64,000 nt of DNA from Lingula anatina. Taxonomy: Eukaryota; Animalia; Brachiopoda. Position 1 is the stretch's first letter. Every line of letters starts with the position of its first letter. The position numbers and the translations under genes were made by a program. Below, piece after piece: positions 60,291-64,000 of the stretch. The DNA is taken from contig CM120645.1 of NCBI GenBank assembly GCA_051362555.1, positions 5,952,001 to 6,016,000 of the forward strand, written 5' to 3'. The notes below the pieces were generated by a model. That model saw nothing but the letters and a program-made list of their open reading frames with translations. It was not told the DNA's origin and made no database searches.

Positions 60291-63200
60291 CCACCCAGTA
60301 ATGCCGAACCCCCTCCCCAATATACGGAAAAAGATGCTGCCGAACCCCCTCCTCCTTACCCTCCTACAGAGGATGGAAACCCTCCTCCCGCTTACCCTCC
60401 CACAGATGCTGCATACCGCCCAACAAGATAAAAAACAGTAATTGATGCCAAATACCCTATGCATTTTTAAAAACTAACTATATCTGCTGGGGGATTCTGT
60501 TCCACCCAAGAGTCAAAGCTTGCTTTAACCGTTGTAAATTTGCAAGGCTTGGGTTTATCCTGTAAACTGCTCTCAATATTCCGTCCCAAAGATTTTAATT
60601 TGGTTCATATAAAGGCTTTTACCAGGTTGGATAATGATCAGAACTAAGAATTTCGGTTCATGGAATTTCCAACCAAGCGGGCGATATGAGGAGTAGCATT
60701 ATCATGCTGCAAGTAAAAGTTGTTCTGGAATATTGCACGTACTGTACAAATGGGATGGAATGGTTCTGTAAGGTATAATTGTGCGCCACAGGGAACAGGT
60801 TTACATGTTTTCGAAAAGAAGCCACTGGCTTACACCAATGGGGCAAAAACATCCCCGTAAATAAACAGAACTGGTTCCAGCGACCCCTGAGAGGACGCAC
60901 GCGTTGACGGCCATCACATGAGTTGCATGCATAACCTAACTTTGGGCTTAAAAGGCCATGGTGCTAGACCTTGAAATACGCAGAATTCATGTCGTCAGCA
61001 GTTTCGTCTTTTCCATGAACCAAACATGTTTTAAAGATAAAAGACCCTCGGTTTGAAATTATTTATAGCAATTCTCGAGAAAGCTTACACGGTCTTTTTG
61101 GTGTGTATTCGCATGGGAAGCAGCACTGACGACACAACCTTAACGTTTTTAATATGAAGCATGTTGTTGCAAACGCGAGGACGTTGCAAAAATGTCACCT
61201 TAATTACAATGGATAAAATCCTATTTGTGTTTTTTTAAATACCATTTTACAGGATTCAAAGAAAATGATTACATTCAAAGAATGACTATTTTATCACAAA
61301 GAGTATAATTGTAATATTGTCTTAATTTAGCAGTAGCTAAATTTAGCAGTAGCTAAATTAACGGCTAATTTTTAATGAGCAAGCAGATTTTGTATAGGAA
61401 TGTTTTTATTACGCCATTTTACATAAAAGAGTATAGCTGGAAATAGAGTTTTTCTGCAGGATGGAGTTCAATACTTTTGAACTTGAAATTATTTCAACCT
61501 CTTATTTGCATGCTTATATTATTTATAAGCCGCACATGATGTTTGTCCATTGTCTTGTTTGTTGTTAACTGGCATGGTTTACTTTGAATTATACATATTA
61601 TAGATGCATTTTAAGTCAATTTTTTGCCACAAAAGTCAACCAAATACCAGCATATAGTTTCAACTAGTATAACTAATAGAATTAACAATAGGCATTGTAT
61701 AATTTTACCTGAAAATGATCTTTCAACGGATTTTTCTGCTAGCATTCTATGCTGTATGTCACTGGGGCAGAAAAGTAGGTTACGGAAGTAAGTTAACTTT
61801 TTGACCAAAATTTTAAAGAAAGGAGCAGTCTAAAGCTCTTTTACGACTGATCGTGTGATCTATTCAGTTTATCCCTTCGCATGTCGAATGTTTTTGAGTC
61901 GTATAGGAGGCTAGTAGAAGTGCTTTATATTTGTTAATGGGAATCCACGCTCCACCGATGCTCGGTTCGTATGTACCTTTAACTTTTATTACTGATAAAT
62001 TCTTGCTTTGCTGCAATTGAACAAAACTTACCAAAGGTGCAGGTAAAATGTGCCAGAAGTACTCCCCACGAAGCAAATTGTATCTTATCTCAATGTTGTG
62101 ATACATTAATGAAATAAACGGCTTCTCATTGGATACAACGGCCAAAGAGATTTTTTTCAAATCAAATTTGTCAGTGACATAAATTACCACAATGTATTTT
62201 GCCCCCTCCATTGCATGATTGTAATAATGTAATAAAATCGAACGTTTTTTAACTCTGGTTAAATTGATTTTCTTTTCAAAATGTAATATATCCCACATAT
62301 ACCACCAGAAAGTGAGGGTGAGTGTGTGCTTCTTCCATTGTCGTCTTTATAGCTAATATACATGTTTTCATTTGCCAGGAATGAAACATTTTGGCCAATT
62401 CATCAATCAAAACTTGCAAAATATGTTAGCATCTGCAAGATTCCCTAATGTGGAAACCACAACTTACAGGTATAACCTCCTCCAGAGGGTAGCTGAAAAT
62501 AAAACCATACCATAAAACATACCAGTATCCCACTGTTTGTGTTAGGTAAAATCAAGGAAAATTGATCGCAGAATCTGGAGGAGGGAGGATTCATAAATAA
62601 TAGATATAAGCTGACAGATTGTCTATATGTCTTAAAATGGTCTGCTTTTAAGCAAAGTTGGCTAAAATCAAATAATCTTTACAAAAATATTAATTTATTA
62701 AAATGTTCAATTGTCACTTAAACTGTGCCTTTTTTTAAAGCAATAAATGTTACTGGCCAATAAATGATGGTGTCATGGCAGGGCGGATGCAATCATACTG
62801 ACATAAAGCCCATGTTCGACAAGAAGTAAGAGCTTTATGCTTTTTACAGGCTTCGCTTGAATGATAAGATGATAAAAATTTGGCATAAATTAAGGAAGTT
62901 TATTGTCGGATATGATCGTCAGTCACCAGTCATGTGTTAATTTGAGAACAGCATCTGACGGACGAGTACGATGTAAACTCTAACGTGCGGACACTTGACG
63001 TTGTATCTCGGACACCTTGCCCGATAGGAAGAAGCCGCCAGTGACGCATGCGTAATCGACTTATCACGACGCCAATAGCAACTACATACAAGGATGCCTC
63101 ATATTAGCTGGAGGTCGCTGATATGATATACGGTGACATGTCATTTAATGCTTTAGGGGATTCACTGTTCAATCAGTTGACGTGTGCCCCACTGCTTGGG

Positions 63201-63355
63201 AATGTGGCCAATCTAGACTTTAAGTTCGTCTGTAACGCAGACGAGACTGTCACAACGCGAAGTCATAATTTGGGATTTTGACGATCTCTGTGGAGTAAGG
63301 TTTTTTGCAAACTTTTTAAAGTTATCACAAGCTTATAATTCTTTGAATCAACGCC

Positions 63356-63419
63356 ATGGAAAAGCAAATCAAGATTGTGTTAACATGTGTAATAACATTG
63401 CTGGTAATCATACTGTCAG
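63356..63419 (+). CDS. Gene I (3'-partial): signal-peptide exon of the next paralog
   Basis: MEKQIKIVLTCVITLLVIILS+G|GTACGT, preceded by the conserved upstream module and followed by intron-1 sequence homologous to H. Confidence 0.85.
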
Positions 63420-64000
63420 GTACGTAAAACTGCTTAACAATCAATATTGCTTAACACTCAATATTTTTACAGTTTATAGAATACAATTAAAAGGTACATA
63501 ATGTGCGTTAGACGTTTGTAGTGCTTAAAACTTATTGTTCTGGAAGTTTTGAATATTTTCTCTTAGTGACTAAGGTTTATTCCTAACAAAAACCATCGCG
63601 AAATCCCTTAATCCGTCTTCGAATTCTACATTTCTGATTATACTTTTACGAATGATTCTACCAGTCTCTATCTCATTGCAGGAGTGACACAAAATTAAAA
63701 ACACCGTAATCAAAACCATTGGAAAATTATGATGACTGTACATCTTCCTTTTGAAACTTTTTTTCTTACAAATAGTTCACTTTTATCTCCTCTAAAGGTT
63801 AAGATATCTATTAAACTAAATAGTTAAATATAAACATATATTATAGTGAATTATTTCACCTTCATTAATGCCATTCTTCATATAAAAAATAGGCGCTGTG
63901 TTTTTGTTAATTCGGAAGTTTTGATAGCTTGTGGTGAATATTTGGACACAAATATTTTCAGTAGATACGAAACAATGGTGACATATATTTTCTTATACAT

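Overview
AT-rich eukaryotic DNA with spliceosomal GT-AG introns, most likely from an invertebrate animal; the species cannot be determined from the sequence. The window is almost entirely a tandem array of at least 9 paralogous genes (here A-I; A and I are cut by the window edges, E and F are inverted). Each encodes a single-pass type-I membrane protein of the Shisa/Shisa-like (STMC6) superfamily. The gene layout is a 64-70 nt signal-peptide exon, 1-4 tandem Cys/Tyr-rich domain exons (pattern CC-x14-C-x3-CC-x7-CC-x16-C, 22 copies including dead ones), a Ser/Thr/Trp stalk, a TM exon with a GxxxGxxxG motif and juxtamembrane Cys, and a Pro-rich tail usually ending in PPxY. The array shows active birth-and-death evolution: variable domain number through phase 1-1 exons, pseudo-exons, chimeric genes, an intron collapsed into coding sequence, a possible secreted form, and PY-bearing versus PY-less tails. 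First introns carry transposons: Helentron/HINE-like, TTAA Kolobok-like, TTA Harbinger-like MITEs, a Tc1 element and a 5'-truncated LINE. Gene models were assembled by eye from splice signals and reading-phase consistency, with no expression data.
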